Assembly: GCF_004010195.1 (NCBI RefSeq)
Contig: NC_057718.1
Coordinates: 20,923,664 to 20,966,460, forward strand
Length of the DNA stretch: 42,797 nucleotides
Reading direction: 5' to 3'
From: Chiloscyllium plagiosum
Taxonomy: Eukaryota
Below the pieces are notes generated by a model. That model was given only the letters and a program-made list of their open reading frames with translations. It was not told the origin of the DNA and did no database searches. Positions within the stretch are counted from its first letter, which is position 1. Each line of letters starts with the position of its first letter. Below, in pieces: positions 1 to 12,869 of the stretch. Position numbers and translations under genes: made by a program.

Positions 1-412
1 ATAGAACAAATCAAACCTCATTCTAAATGTGAAAGAAGCCTAAACTTATTTTTAAGTAAGAGTTCATATTGTAATTACCCTCATGTTAAGTGAACATGTG
101 GAACCTCATTGTGAAACATCATTTTGTTTAATTACATTTAGAGCATAACATATGGTCTCCCCCTAACCTTTCATCACAAAATTACCGAACAGACATACTG
201 ACTCAGTTTTATAACTAAAGGTGATCTGAAACTCAAACCGCAAAGACTTGTATTTTGTTGTTGAATAACACAACTGATGCAACTACAATCCTTTTTCATT
301 AGATATAAATCAAATACTCCAAGCTTAAAAAAAATGTATTTTTTATATAAAAAAAGGACAATACCACTACATGCATAACATGTAATATTTACTCAGTATA
401 GACATATTTTAC

Positions 413-498
413 CTTCTTCAATTCCCAGAGGCCAGTGCGATCTGCTCCGCAAGAGAGGGGATTTCTGTGGAATGGGTCATAGTTTCCCAGACACTTAT
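413..498 (-). CDS. CEBPZ: CEBPZ coding exon 5 (gene continues beyond left edge)
   Basis: ttttag acceptor, reads (D)KCLGNYDPFHRNPLSCGADRTGLWELKK, then GTAAAA donor. 86 nt, phase 1 to 0, compatible with exon 4. Resembles the recalled CEBPZ segment YDPFSRNPLFCGAENTSLWELKK. Confidence 0.93.
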
Positions 499-1767
499 CT
501 AAAACAAAGAGCAGAGCTTGATAATGCTAGCATAATAGTAATTAATGTCAACAAAGCTTATATTCTCGACTTTTTTAAAAAGGATAATTGCATCAAAATT
601 TAGACACCAAGTTCAGTATGTAATATTTTAGGATTTATAATTAAAGGCATTCGGTACAAAAGCAAAGAAATTGTGCTATAACTATTTAAATGATTGGTTA
701 AATGTCTGCTTGATTAGGCCACACCAAGAAGGCAGAGGACACCTCAGTTCAGTGGAGTAAGAAGTTGTGGAAAAGCAGTGTAGCTAGATTGGAAAGATTT
801 CTTTTTAATAATAAAGTAAAGGGAATGGTAGAGATCTGAAATAAAAAAAACAAAATCCTAAAGAAACTCAGCAACTCATGCTGCACCTACGAAGAGAAAA
901 ACAGTTCACATAAGACATAGGAGCAGAGGTAGTCATTCCATCGATTAGGTCTACTATGCCATTCATTGATCTGATAGCTGATCTGACAATACTCAACTCC
1001 ATTTTCTTGCCTTTTCCCCATAACCTGTGGTTCTCTTAGAACATAGAACAGTACAGCTTGGGAACAGGCCCATCAGTCCAAACCAATCCCTTCTGCCTGC
1101 CCTTGGTCCATTTCCCTCCATTCCTTGCATATTAATGTGTTTATCAACAGTTCCTTAAACACCCCTAGCGTATCCGCCTCGACCACTACCCCTGGCAGTG
1201 CATTCCAAACTCCTACCACACGTTGCTTAAAAGCTTGTCCCTCTCACCTTAAATGCATGTCCCCTAGTATTATTAAGCCCCTACCGATTAAAAAATGTCT
1301 ATCTCAGCCTTGAATGTATTTAATGACCCAGCCTCGATATTTCTTCGTGGTAAAGAATTCCACAAGTTAACTCCCCTCAGGAGAAAAAAAAATCTTCATT
1401 ACTGTCTAAAATGGGTGACTCCTAATTCTGAGATTATGCCCCTAAGGTCCTAGACTCCCACACAGGGAAAACAACTCTTTCAAATCTCTGCAAAGTCTTG
1501 TATGTTTAGTAAGGCCACCACTCATTTTTCTAAACTCTAGTGAGTACAGACTCCCAATGTACTCAACCCTTTTTCATGAAATAATGCCTCTAGAAATCAA
1601 TTTAGGGAATCTTGTCTGGACTGCATCCTATGCCAGTATTTCTTACCTTCAATAAAGGGACCAAAACTTGTCATAGTAGGCCGGGTGTGATCTGACCCGT
1701 ACTTTACATAATGTTAGCAGAACCTCCCTATTTTAAGGTCTTTGAGAGGTAGGCCAGCTGTCTAATT

Positions 1768-1827
1768 GCCCTCCCTATTACCCACTAAATTTATATGGCC
1801 CTCCCTATTACCCACTAAATTTATATG
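1768..1827. repeat. Perfect 30-bp tandem duplication
   Basis: gccctccctattacccactaaatttatatg occurs twice in a row. Confidence 0.95.
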
Positions 1828-2791
1828 GCAGCTTTCTGTGATTCATGCATAAGCACATCCAAATCCCTCTCTGTCTCAACTTTCTGCATTTCATGAACAA
1901 GTATAAGAACTAGGAGCAAGTGTAGGCAATTCAGCTCCTTGAGCCTACTCTGCCAAATGACACCAGCATGGCAGATCTCAGTCCAGCCTCAACCCCACTT
2001 TCCTGCCTTCTGTCCATAACTCTTAAATTACTAATTAAAAATCTCTCTCCTCTTTAAACTTACTCAATGTCTCAGCATCCATCATACGCTAAAACAGTGA
2101 ATTCCACAGATTCACGACCCTTTGAGAAAAGTAATTTCTTCTCATCAGTTTTAAATCTGCTACCCCTTAATACCATGACCTGTCATTCAAGATTACCCAC
2201 GAGGAAACACTCTATGTCAATCCCCATAGTATCTTATATACATCAATTAGATCTCCCCTTGTCTTTCTAAACTCTAAGGAGTGTAGCCCTAAACTGCTCA
2301 TTCTCTCTTCAGAAGACAAATCCCCCATTGCTTATTAATTTAGTGAACCTCCTCTGAACTACTCTTCCATGAAACTACATCTCTCCTCCAGGAAGGGGAC
2401 CACAATTATGTATAATAATTCAGGTGCAGTCTCATTAATGCTTTGTACAGTAGCAGCAACACCTTAATTTTATACTCTATTCCTTTAGCAATAAATGCCA
2501 AAATTCCATTTACCTTCCTTATTACCTGTTGTACCTACATACTGCTTTTCCGTGATTCATGCACGAGGACACCAGGATCTCTCTGCATCAAAGCACTCTG
2601 CTTTCTCTGTCCAATTAGATAATAAGTTGCCTTTCTATTCTGCCAGACAAAATAGATAACCTCTCACTTCTCCACATTAAACTTCAACTGCCAAAATTTG
2701 GCCCAAATTATAAATTTCTGACATCTTCATTGAAATGTACTTTCCCACTTGTTTCAGTGTGATCTGCAATATTGGCAATACTACTTTCTAT

Positions 2792-3366
2792 TTTTTTTTT
2801 CTTTACCCCCACACTACCACCTAAGTGCGGTAGTGCTTATTTTTTCCCCAGCACCCATGGTATGTTTGTATACGTGTGAGACACAGTGAAAGACACAGAG
2901 TGCACGAATCTTTATTCAATTTCCACCAGGAAGATAGGAAAAACACCCGAGTGGTCAGTGACAAGCAGTGCCCTTCACATCAAAGGGCAATGCTGTGTAA
3001 CACCTATTCTTTTTTTTAAACCCCCACACTACCACCTAAGTGCGGTAGTGCTTATTTTTTTCCCCAGCACCCATGGTGTGTGTTTGCAGGTGTGAGACAC
3101 AGTGAAAGACACAAAGTGCACGAATCTTTATTCAAATTCCACCAGGAAGATAGGAAAACACCTGGGTGGCCAGTGACAAACACTGCCCTTCACATCAAAG
3201 GGCAGTGCTGTGTGATCAAAACAGTGAAGGGAAGGGTAGGGACTAAATCAAAATAGAGTTGGAGGGAGAAATGATGCACTCCACTCCCTGCGGCGCCCAC
3301 CTCTCCCTGAACAACTCCAGGGTGTTGGTGGACATCGCGTGCTCCTTCTCCAAGGACACTCGGGCC
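2792..3366 (-). mobile_element. 5'-truncated Tx1/L1-clade LINE with duplicated 3' UTR
   Basis: Minus strand encodes ARVSLEKEHAMSTNTLELFRERWAPQGVECIISPSNSILI-stop (Tx1-like ORF2 C-terminus). Poly(A) tail is seen as a T-run. 16-bp TSD caatactactttctat at 2776-2791 and 3367-3382. Confidence 0.8.
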
Positions 3367-5647
3367 CAATACTACTTTCTATCCTCACATCCAAGTCATT
3401 AATACAGATTATAAACAGTTGGGGCCTGAAGACAGAACCTTAATGTCAACCCACTAGTTTTGTCTTGCAACGAGAAAAAGATCCACTTATTCTGACTCTT
3501 TTTTTGCCCCAACTATATAACATTTTTATTGCCAAATATTCCTCAGACCCTCTATTCCTCCTGCTGAACCGTATAACCTCACATATTCCCACATTATATT
3601 CATCTGCCAAGTTTTCGCCCACTCATTGAATTGCTCTGTAGTCTCAGACTATATCTTCCTCACAAATTGCTTTCCCAATTGTTTTTGTGTCATCTGCAAA
3701 CTTGACAACAGCATATTCATTTCCCTCATTCAATATATGTATTGCCAATATCTGGGGCCCCAGCACTTGATCTCTGTAGCATTCTACTAGTTACTGATTG
3801 CCATCCTGAAAATACCCCCTTTATCTCAACTCTATGTCTTCTATTAGTTAGCTAATCCACTAAAAATGCCAATATACTAATCACAACAACACCGACTCTT
3901 GCCTTATTAAATAGCCTTTTATGCAGTACGTTATAAATGCCTTTTGGAAATCCAAATATACCATTCACCTTTAACTAACTTAAATTTATCTATTAAAAGT
4001 TTCCTTTAACTATCCTCTTCAAAGAGTTCTAATAAGGTCGTCAGGTACAATTCCACTTCACAAAGCAATGCCGACTCTGCTTAAATATGCATTTCTAAAT
4101 ATACTGTTTTGTATCCTTTTCAATACTTTGGCATTTTTCCAATGACAGGATGCTATGCTGAATGGCCTATAGTCACCTCTTTTTTTAAAAAAAACACACC
4201 TCCCATTTTGTGTAAGAGTGCTACAATCTACAGTTTTCTAATCCTCTGGCACTTATCTGAAATCTGATGATTCTCAGAAGATTACTACAAAAACATTCAC
4301 CATGTTTGTAGCTATTTTCTTTAGTATCCTAGGATAGAACTAATCAGGACCAAGGGAATTGACAACCTTTAGTTATCTTAGGTTCCCTGGTGCCTTTCCT
4401 CTATTTCCTCCCCACTTTTTGCCCCCTGATTTAATAACTTTGGAACATTATTAATTTCTAAAAAGTAAAAACTAGTGCAAAATATTTATTCAACTGCTCT
4501 GACATTTCCTGGTTCCCCATTATTAACATATTAATCATGTTCTTGGAGGTGCTATGCTCAATCTAGCCTTTTTCTTTTCCTTTTTATATAATCTTAAAAA
4601 TAATAATGCTCTCACTGACCATTTTGCTAGTACTTGTTACTTTATCCTCATGGATTTTTTTTCTTCTCCTTAGTTTCTTTTGTTGGTTTTTTAAAAATTT
4701 CCCTAGTCTAGTTCATCATTAATCTTTGTTACATCAAAAATAAAGCAAAACATACAATGTCATACATTCCTTAACTTGCTTGCTTAAGCATTGTCAGTTT
4801 ATCCCCTTCCGAGAAGCCACCTTTTTTTCACTGGATGAATATTTCCCATGAGTCACGAATATATTCGATGTCTGCCATTTTTCACCCATGGTCTTTCTGC
4901 TAAACTCATTTCCGAGTCACTAATAAGAATTTGTCATAAAATATAGGAGCAGGAGTAAGGCATTTCTTCCCTCAAGTTTGCTCCACAATTTAACAAGATC
5001 TTGGCTGAGTTGCCTCAGGTCTTAATCCCCCTTTTCCACCAGCTTTAACTCTTCAATATATCACAAATCTACCTCCCTCTTCTTCAAATATTTTAAGCGA
5101 TTGAGCCTCTGCATCTCTGATGTAGAAAGATATTCACTACTCTCAGAAAGAAGAAATTCCTTTGCACTGTAGTTTTAAATAAGTGTTCCTTTCTTCTGTA
5201 GCTCTGACCCCTGGTTCAAGATTCCCATGTCATGCAAACATTTTCTGAACATCCATCCAATCAAATCCCCTCAGAGGTTTAATTATTTCATTAAGATTGA
5301 CCCCCATTCTTCTAAACTGTAATGCATGCTACCTACCACTGCGGAACACAAGGTTTGAAAGATGGTTTTAGTGTGCTAAGGATGCATTACGTGACTGCTT
5401 GAAGTAAACAGTAAAACCAACTCACACTAACAAAGCCAACCCTCCATAATTTTCTTCTTGCCTGTCTTTTATACACCTAAATATTTAGTTCCCAGCTTTG
5501 ATCTCCTTGTAAGTGTTTCCATTCCAAATCCAATATGATTTTCTGCAGAACTATTCAATATTTGTTTTAGATATTGTCAAATTATGACTAACAAGCTTGC
5601 AAAAGAAAAAAATTGCCCCACATCAGTCCATTCAAACAGCTTATTAC

Positions 5648-5867
5648 CTTGATTTTTGTGGTGCAACCACGATCCAGATGTTGTTGATTCTGTTTTGCCA
5701 TCTAAATTATTATTCTGTACATCTTTTTGTTCTTTGGCAGCATCTGTTTTATGAACAATATAGTTCTCCCCTTCAGATTTCTTCTTCATCTTTTCATCAA
5801 GCTCTTCAAATATCTCTTCCTCATCACTTTTATCAATATCTTTAAAATGCTCTTCTTCATCAGATTC
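5648..5867 (-). CDS. CEBPZ: CEBPZ coding exon 4 (acidic region)
   Basis: AAG acceptor, ESDEEEHFKDIDKSDEEE...SWLHHKNQ, G|GTAATA donor. 220 nt, phase 0 to 1. Lies within ORF 5577..5948. Confidence 0.92.
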
Positions 5868-6732
5868 CTTATCAAGGAAGAATGACACATTTATTTGACA
5901 TGCAATATTTGACATGCACTGACATTGTAAGGAAATTATTCTAATCAAACAACTACATCACTTGTAGACTCTACTAAGGTTGTTACTATAAATACTGTCA
6001 ATAATTTTCTACCAACCTCTTCTGATGGCGCCAGCTCAAGCTGGAAGTTACATTTCCATACTGAGAGGTGTTGAGAAAAGGTAGCAGTCTCCAGACTCTT
6101 GCTCAAATGGCCTTCTTTACTCAGGACATTCAAAATGTGTGCTGGTGAGCAACTACTGTCGTGCCAATCTCACTCACATTTACAATTTCTGCATTTCCCA
6201 ATGGGGTTATTTGAGGGCCAACAAGAGTGGAACCCCTACTAAGTCCGTTGAAGCATCATCATACAGATCAGCTAGCTTAATACAGTTCAGGAACTGTACC
6301 TAAGATTTATTAAAGGCTCAAAATTACAAGTGCATACCATCTCAAAATACATAAATTTATATCCTATAGGTAAAGGATTAAAACTCTTGCACCTGAGATT
6401 TTCTGAATTAAACTGAATAATTAACCTGAGCAGCGATTTCATATTTTCAAATTCTGCTTAATCTACCAATATATCTGAATTTGTGTTATTCGATAAATTT
6501 GTATTCAAATGGACTTTTAAAAAAATTATCTTCAATCAAAATCTAATGCATTTAAAATGCATACTTTAACAGGCAAAGAACTTATAAAACCTTGCTTGTG
6601 GTTATTTGACATAAAACTCATTCTGATATCCATTATTAAGTTTTGTGTGTAAGTCCATAACAAGGGCTAATAATGCCTTTTATGTTGAAGAAGAAAACAA
6701 TATGAGACACAATGGATTGATAAAAGCAGTAC

Positions 6733-6964
6733 CCCATGTTCCTGCAACAGGACTCGGATGCCAGGCCTCAGTTTTAAAATCTCAGAAATAAGATAGAGAG
6801 CTCCGCATATAAACGCTGGTGTTTGGCCAGAAGCAGCTTGCAAGATCCGTTTTATAAATGCCTTAACGCGACGAAGCACTATGTCAGACTTCAAAGACTT
6901 GTACAGCAGATTCAAAAACATGGCTTGTTTAGAACATCGTGCCAGTCCCGGATCCAACAGTTTC
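6733..6964 (-). CDS. CEBPZ: CEBPZ coding exon 3 (CBF/Mak21 domain)
   Basis: cag acceptor, (R)KLLDPGLARCSKQAMFLNLLYKSLKSD...RVLLQEHG, GTACTG donor. 232 nt, phase 2 to 0. Confidence 0.95.
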
Positions 6965-7562
6965 CTGCATACAAAAGTCAGATTATTTACTTTTCAAACA
7001 AACCAGCAGGTAGAGAAAAACATTAACCCTTAATTCATGTATATTGAATCATTGAAGTAGTACAGGTGGCTATTTCACTTCTGTGGCCATCATGCAAGCT
7101 CCATACTGGAACCATCTACAGTAAATAATTTTGCTGATTACCTGAACATTTTTGTAGATTTATCTAATTTTCTCTTCACTGTATTCTAAATTACATTCCC
7201 ATGTTGTGAAGAAAATATTCAAGGCTCCAATTTTTATGGCATGCCCATTTTGTACTGATTTACTTCAGTAAATAATCTTTCATTATTTACTTCTTTCTAT
7301 TTTTTGAGCAGATATACATGTTGATCTAAAGTGACTGTGCTACACCATAATATCATATGCATTATTCCAAAACAACCAAAGCCAACCTCTAGCTTTATTG
7401 ATGAAAGGTGCAGAATTAGATTTATAGAACCTAGCAAGTTATAGTGGAATTATTTGTTGTATTTTCTAATTTAATGACAGAGCCCATTACTATCACAATA
7501 GTAAAAAATAACTTGAAGGCAGCATCAGTACACAAATTAATTTGAGAGTGGATACCTCAGAT

Positions 7563-7782
7563 CAATACTCCCCAAACTTTTTCTCATGGTGACCCTATTT
7601 AAAGGCTTGAAAGCTATTGCAAGCCTGGATGACAATGAAGAAAACTGGAGGTGGGTAGGGAAGTGTGGGCAGCGGGGAGGTTGTAGTCCCTATGGTAAAT
7701 ATTGCTGTCTTGGAGCTCATGATTCAAAAGCCTTAGCTCGCAACCCCACTTGGGGTCCCAGCCCTGACTTTGAGAAACTCTG
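7563..7782. mobile_element. hAT (Charlie-like) MITE
   Basis: Degenerate TIRs caatactccccaaact and tttgagaaactctg. 8-bp flanks cctcagat and tcttagat match 6/8. Confidence 0.55.
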
Positions 7783-8524
7783 TCTTAGATGTTGAAAGAT
7801 GGTGTGCCAAAACAGGGCAAATTTATATTGCAAAGTAGGCAAATGCTTGTCCTCAATTTTTGCCAACCAGTTCGACTGAAATAGATACTGAGACAAAGAA
7901 CTTAGAGCACACATAAATCTTACCTGTCTCAATTGTGCGGTTCATCCAAACAGTAAGAATGCAAATAGCAAAAATGCAATAAGTTTATAAGCCAGGACTT
8001 TAAAGGGAGAGACTGCAGTAAGCTTAATAAAATAATGAACAAGACTTATTTAGCCCGGATACAAACATTACTGACCTAAAAACATGTAATTGTTTTGTAT
8101 AGTTTTCAAAGAATATCTATGCAAGTGGAGGCAACTTTTACATAGTAACCATGCATACAATTTCAGATAATTCAGTTACAAAATTTGATGTGAAGCTACT
8201 TCATATTTAATATTTCCTGCAGATTTGAGTGTGAAGGATAATTGTTTTTAAACAGTGAGGTCAATGAAAAGACATTGGAATTTTTTTTTAAAAACTAGGC
8301 ATCTCTTAAAAATTTTTTTTTGTAACAGATTGTTTACTGCAAACCCCTTGCCAAGGTTTATGACTTTCAGATTGTAGTTTCTGCTATGGAGATTGTTCAG
8401 ATTTTTCAATTGGTAGACTGCATGGGGAAAGAAAAGAACTTCCCAAGCCAGTGCTACTGTTTCTGAAAAAAACCCCATATTACGGATTCAGTATGGTATC
8501 TAGAGCCCTGGTCCAGTCAGAACC

Positions 8525-8988
8525 ACACCCAAAGTTTTACCTGCATATCCACCAATATAATTTATTGTATCCATTGCTCCCGATGTGGTCTCCTCTACAC
8601 TGGGGAGACTGGACGCCTCCTAGCAGAGCGCTTTAGAGAACATCTCCGTGACACCCGCACCAATCAACCACACCGCCCTGTGGCCCAACATTTCAACTCC
8701 CCCGCCCACTTTGCCGAGGACATGGAGGTCCTGGGCCTCCTTCACCACCGCTCCCTCACCACCAGACCCCCCACTCACCTGTTGTACTCTATGCTACTTT
8801 CTCCCCACCCCCCCCCCTCCTCTAGCTTATCTCTCCACCCTTTAGGCTCTCTGCCTTTATTCCTGATGAAGGGCTTTTGCCCGAAACGTCGATTTTACTG
8901 CTCCTCAGATGCTGCCTGAACTGCTGTGCTCTTCCAGCACCACTAATCCAGAATCTGGTTTCCAGCATCTGCAGTCATTGTTTTTACT
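8525..8988 (+). mobile_element. 5'-truncated Penelope-like element (GIY-YIG remnant + pLTR + tail)
   Basis: FTCISTNIIYCIHCSRCGLLYTGETGRLLAERFREH. Hammerhead motif at 8859-8894. 11-bp TSD cagtcagaacc at 8514-8524 and 8989-8999. Confidence 0.9.
8859..8894 (+). ncRNA. Minimal hammerhead ribozyme motif in PLE pLTR
   Basis: ATTC CTGATGA A GGGC TTTT GCCC GAAA CGTC|GATT. Helix I pairs 3 of 4. Confidence 0.7.
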
Positions 8989-9114
8989 CAGTCAGAACCC
9001 AGGCTGTCCTTCTGAAGTGTGTCAGGAAGGATCCTCGATACTGTGTTTCCTGAACAAGCAGAGTCTGTCAAAAGCCCAGAAACAACTGCCTATGTTGACA
9101 CCCATCTACATGTG

Positions 9115-9207
9115 CTGAAAATGTGTTGTGGGAAAAGCGCAGCAGGTCAGGCAGCATCCAAGGAGCAGGAGAATCGACGTTTCGGGCATGAGCCCTTCTT
9201 CAGGAAT
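9115..9207 (-). mobile_element. Solo tail-less PLE pLTR fragment with hammerhead motif (9172-9207)
   Basis: Near-identical (2 mismatches) to 17777-17869. Minus strand reads ATTC CTGAAGA A GGGC TCAT GCCC GAAACGTC GATT. Confidence 0.88.
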
Positions 9208-9499
9208 TCCTTATATATTCCTGTGCATAAAATATGTAAGATATCTTTTAATAACTTACACAATATTTAGATGCAGGTTAAAAACAAAGTCAAAGTCAAT
9301 GAGTTAAGCTCATTCTCATTAAGTTGACAGATGTTACTATTAATAAATACAGTACTGCATCCAAGATCACAATGGCTCTTCCAGGCCAGTTATAGTATGC
9401 TGGAATGGGGCATACATAAAAAAATCCTTTTATTCTTTTTTACTTATCCTCAGAGAAGCATTGCTCTTTAGCAGCTACTACATATTTATTTCTTATATT

Positions 9500-10520
9500 A
9501 CCTGAATCTACGCATGCCAGTGGAAACATGGAGAAGAGGAAGAAACTTGGGGGTTCAGATACACAGATTAAAATGTTATGGACAGGTACAAAACAATTAT
9601 TAAAGAGAGTAAAATCTAGGAATTTAATAGAAGGGATTTGAAGTTATTTTTCCATAGCTCCTTAGTCAGACCACACAGAATACTGACAGCACTCCTGGGG
9701 ACCACATGTCAGAAAAGATATATTGCCCTGGACTTTAAGCAACTATTGTACACAAAATTAGGGTATATTTCTTCAAGTTTTAAAGTTCAAGAGTTATGTT
9801 ATAAATTTCAAGATATTAAGGGGAACAGGGAGTTATTTCTTTGTAATTCTAAGTCTAGAATTAGAGTCCACAATAAAAAAAAAGGGAGAGCCAGGTCTTT
9901 TAGGAGTGGAATTACTAATAGAAGAAGTTTGGAACTCTGCAAACGGGAACTGAGGATATACTAACATTAATTTTAAAAGTGAGACAGGACAGATTTTTGT
10001 TAGCCAAAAAGGTATCAAATGATCTGAGGCAAAAGTTAGTACAGAGGAACCTTGATTATCTGAATACCAATTATCCGAAAATCGAATTACCCGAAGGAAA
10101 TCTCGAGGTCCCGATAGAAACATTACATCAAAGACGTGTTTCCAACAGTGCACAGGAGCGGGGGCGGTGATGCACTGGGTTGGGGTCGGGGTTGGACAGG
10201 GGAGCCAGTATGGCCCGGGCTTGGGGGCGGTGTTGTACAGGGTTGGGAGCGGGGGCAGGGTTTGGACGGGGTTAGGGGGCAGGGCCTCACATGCTGTGCT
10301 GCTGCTGCAGTAATCTGCTCCTGAGGAGTAGACTTTAAAAACTCCAAGCCCCAGAGGAAAGGCATTAAAATTCATTATCCAAACGAAATAGTGCCCGCCC
10401 ATCAAGTTTGCATAATCGAGGTTCCCCTGTGTATAAACTTATGTTATTGAGCAGCCACAATCTCAATGAATGGTGGAACAGGCTTGAGGGGCGTAAATGG
10501 CTTATTCCTCTTCCTAGGTC
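9500..10520 (+). mobile_element. Degenerate CR1 LINE 3' fragment interrupted by a MITE (approximate)
   Basis: Decayed LVRPH-type RT C-terminus and CR1 3' end gcttgaggggcgtaaatggcttattcct. Confidence 0.65.
10042..10429. mobile_element. Tc1/mariner (pogo/Tigger-like) MITE with G-rich internal repeats
   Basis: TIRs CAGAGGAACCTTGATTAT and ATAATCGAGGTTCCCCTG, with TA on the left. Same TIR as 22141-22290. Confidence 0.8.
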
Positions 10521-10767
10521 TTTAAATGGATGAAAAAACTTATAGTGAGATGGATAAATCTCTATAAAAGGAAGCCTTTTAATTACTGGAAAAATCAATT
10601 ACATCATAATTTTAAGCACTTCTTCCACATGCCACAATGTTATTCTGAAAGTTGTGGCTTTAAGGAGATCGCATTGATATTCTAGCATATATTCTCTGTA
10701 GCCATTTGAAACTTTAAGTAATTTCAGTTGTACGTTTTGTAAAAATAATTATGTGACTAAATTTTAC

Positions 10768-12266
10768 CTGTAGAGTGCTACATAATATCGATTGGACACA
10801 GTTTGTCGAGAATCCATCACCTGAAATAGCAACATTAGTGCTTGGACACTTGTGGTGAAGTTTACAGTATGTACAATCCTGAACAAGGTATCCATTTGTT
10901 CCATCACTTTTTCATCATCCATCTTGGAATAAGGATAAGCTCGATTGACACCTGACAGCAAGGCACTTAGCATTTTAGAGTCTAGTTCTGCTTTTTTAAT
11001 ATAGCCATGGAAAAATGAAAAGTAAACGGATATTAGCTTCCCAGCTAGATCACTCTCTTCATGACTCAGGACCATTTGGTTGAGAAAGCAAACGGCATAG
11101 TACTGGGCTTTCAGACTAATGTTAGGCCTGAACAGAAGTCTCTCAACTTCACAACACACAACAGTTTTCATATTGGGATGCTTATGGAGCAAAGTTTCCA
11201 AAAGGTAGGAGGCCTTTGCGGCCAATTTATATTGTGGATCTCCTAATTTATTCACTAACTGGATCAACAGGGCTTTCTCTTGTTCTGGCTTATTGCACAA
11301 AATCCCGTGGACTGTTGCCAAGACACGAGCTTTGGTTGCTTGGACAGCGTCATGGGCCAAAGTTTCTAAGGCTTGCACAAACTCTGCAAACTGATGCTTC
11401 AGCAAGTGTTCGAAGTACCACAATATTAGACGCTTGTCTCTGGCATCTTTGTTTCCACTAGCAAGTTCCTCTAGGTTATTAAAGGGATGCTGGGAGAAAG
11501 TTTGCAGTTTTCGATTGTCTGGAAGTAACTCAGAGATCAGTAGCTCTGTTAACGTAGTCAAAGCTATTAAGTATTGCCGTCGACTTCCTTTCTTCTTGAT
11601 TTGGTTGATTAATTCCTCCACAATGTATAGAGTATGCACTGGAGCATCTTGTATCATAAGTGTCATAGCTGCCATTCTGTCTGCTAGTGTGCCTGTTTTG
11701 ACCACAGTTTTTATCCATGCTGAATTTGCTCCTTTTTGGATATTTTGCTTACTCCTGTAAAGATTGGTCTCATGCTCATACAGCTGTTTAGCTAGACTTC
11801 TATACTGTGAGATGAGTGTTTCATGTTGTGGCTGAGAACTGTGCTCATTGGTATATTCCATATTATACCACTTTTCTCCTGGTTTGATCAATAAGTATGA
11901 TTTGGGTACAAATTCTAAGGTGACCTGTTTCTTAGCTTTCCTGCTTAATACCTCGGATGGATTGGATACTTCATGACCTTGGATGAGCCTTTTTTCCTTC
12001 TTTCCAGGAAATTCCTTTTGTTCATCCCTTCTATCTTGTAATTTCTCTTTCACCTTTTCATGTTTTTTATTCTTGTCTTTCTTTTTTATTTCATTTTCAG
12101 TGCATTCTTCATTTTTCTCCAGGAGAAATTTGGAATATTTCCTTATGCCTATTTTATTGATGAAGGATTCTAATTCACCTTCTTTCAGATCATCTATTGC
12201 ATTCTTTTTTCCACCATCAATTAATTCTTCATTGTCATTTAACGAATACAACATTATATAGTCTGC
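10768..12266 (-). CDS. CEBPZ: CEBPZ coding exon 2 (large exon)
   Basis: Polypyrimidine tract plus GCAG acceptor, ADYIMLYSLNDNEELIDGGKKNAIDD...GTLADRMAA...LVNKLGDP...NRYYVALY, AG|GTAAAA donor. 1499 nt, open throughout (ORF 10764..12254). Confidence 0.97.
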
Positions 12267-12424
12267 CTGCAGAGAAGAAGAAATTATTTTACCAGAGAAG
12301 AGTCAATACCACAAATATTTTACTGAAATCAGGTTCTACTATCCTGGTGTAAGCATATGATGGTATTATGCATGACAGTTTGTTAATCTAGAGCAGGATT
12401 AAAGTATACAGAATTCAAAATCAT

Positions 12425-12760
12425 TTGATTTTACAGGGCCTTTAATGTAGTAAAATTTTCCAACATACTTCACAAGAGCACTATCACAACCAAAAATTAA
12501 TAAGGTGTCCAAAACCTTTATCAAAAAGATAGGTTTTAAGAATCATCTTAAAAGAGACATGTTTAGGGAAGGATTTCCAGAGCTAGGGGTCCACACAGCT
12601 GAAAACATCACTGACAATAGTGGGACAAAGAAAATAAGAGGCCAAAATTGTAGAAATGCAAAGAAATCCTGTGTTGTGGTTGGAGGTGGTTAGGGAGAGA
12701 TAACACCAAGGAGAAGTGTAATACCAAAATAAATACCATGCTTTGTAAGCCTTACTTTCT
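12425..12760 (-). mobile_element. Old L2-like LINE 3' fragment (approximate)
   Basis: Decayed antisense L2-type 3' sequence (ggttttaagaatcatcttaaa...gggaaggatttccagagctagggg). Recognised from memory only. Confidence 0.4.
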
Positions 12761-12869
12761 ACAGAAGAGTTAAAGCAACTCAAATGACTCATAGCATTTT
12801 ATCCTCCCAGGTAAAGTCCTCTTTTTGGAATCATAATAAGTTGAGCAAATCAGAGCATTTCAGCCATCT

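Larger units (their letters stand above)
905..5330 (-). mobile_element. Nested cluster of degenerate CR1-clade LINE fragments (approximate limits)
   Basis: Several antisense CR1 3' tails (cataagacataggagc ~909, tagaacatagaacag ~1037, taagaactaggagc ~1903, ataggagcaggag ~4943), each followed by decayed RT-like sequence. Confidence 0.75.

Noticed and set aside
825..905. Faint old PLE pLTR-like remnant (similar one near 28860-28920)
   Set aside because: Similarity is weak and no ribozyme core or TSD is discernible.
9833..10405. 190-aa proline-rich minus-strand ORF
   Set aside because: Runs through a G-rich MITE and a CR1 remnant, with no domain or splice support.
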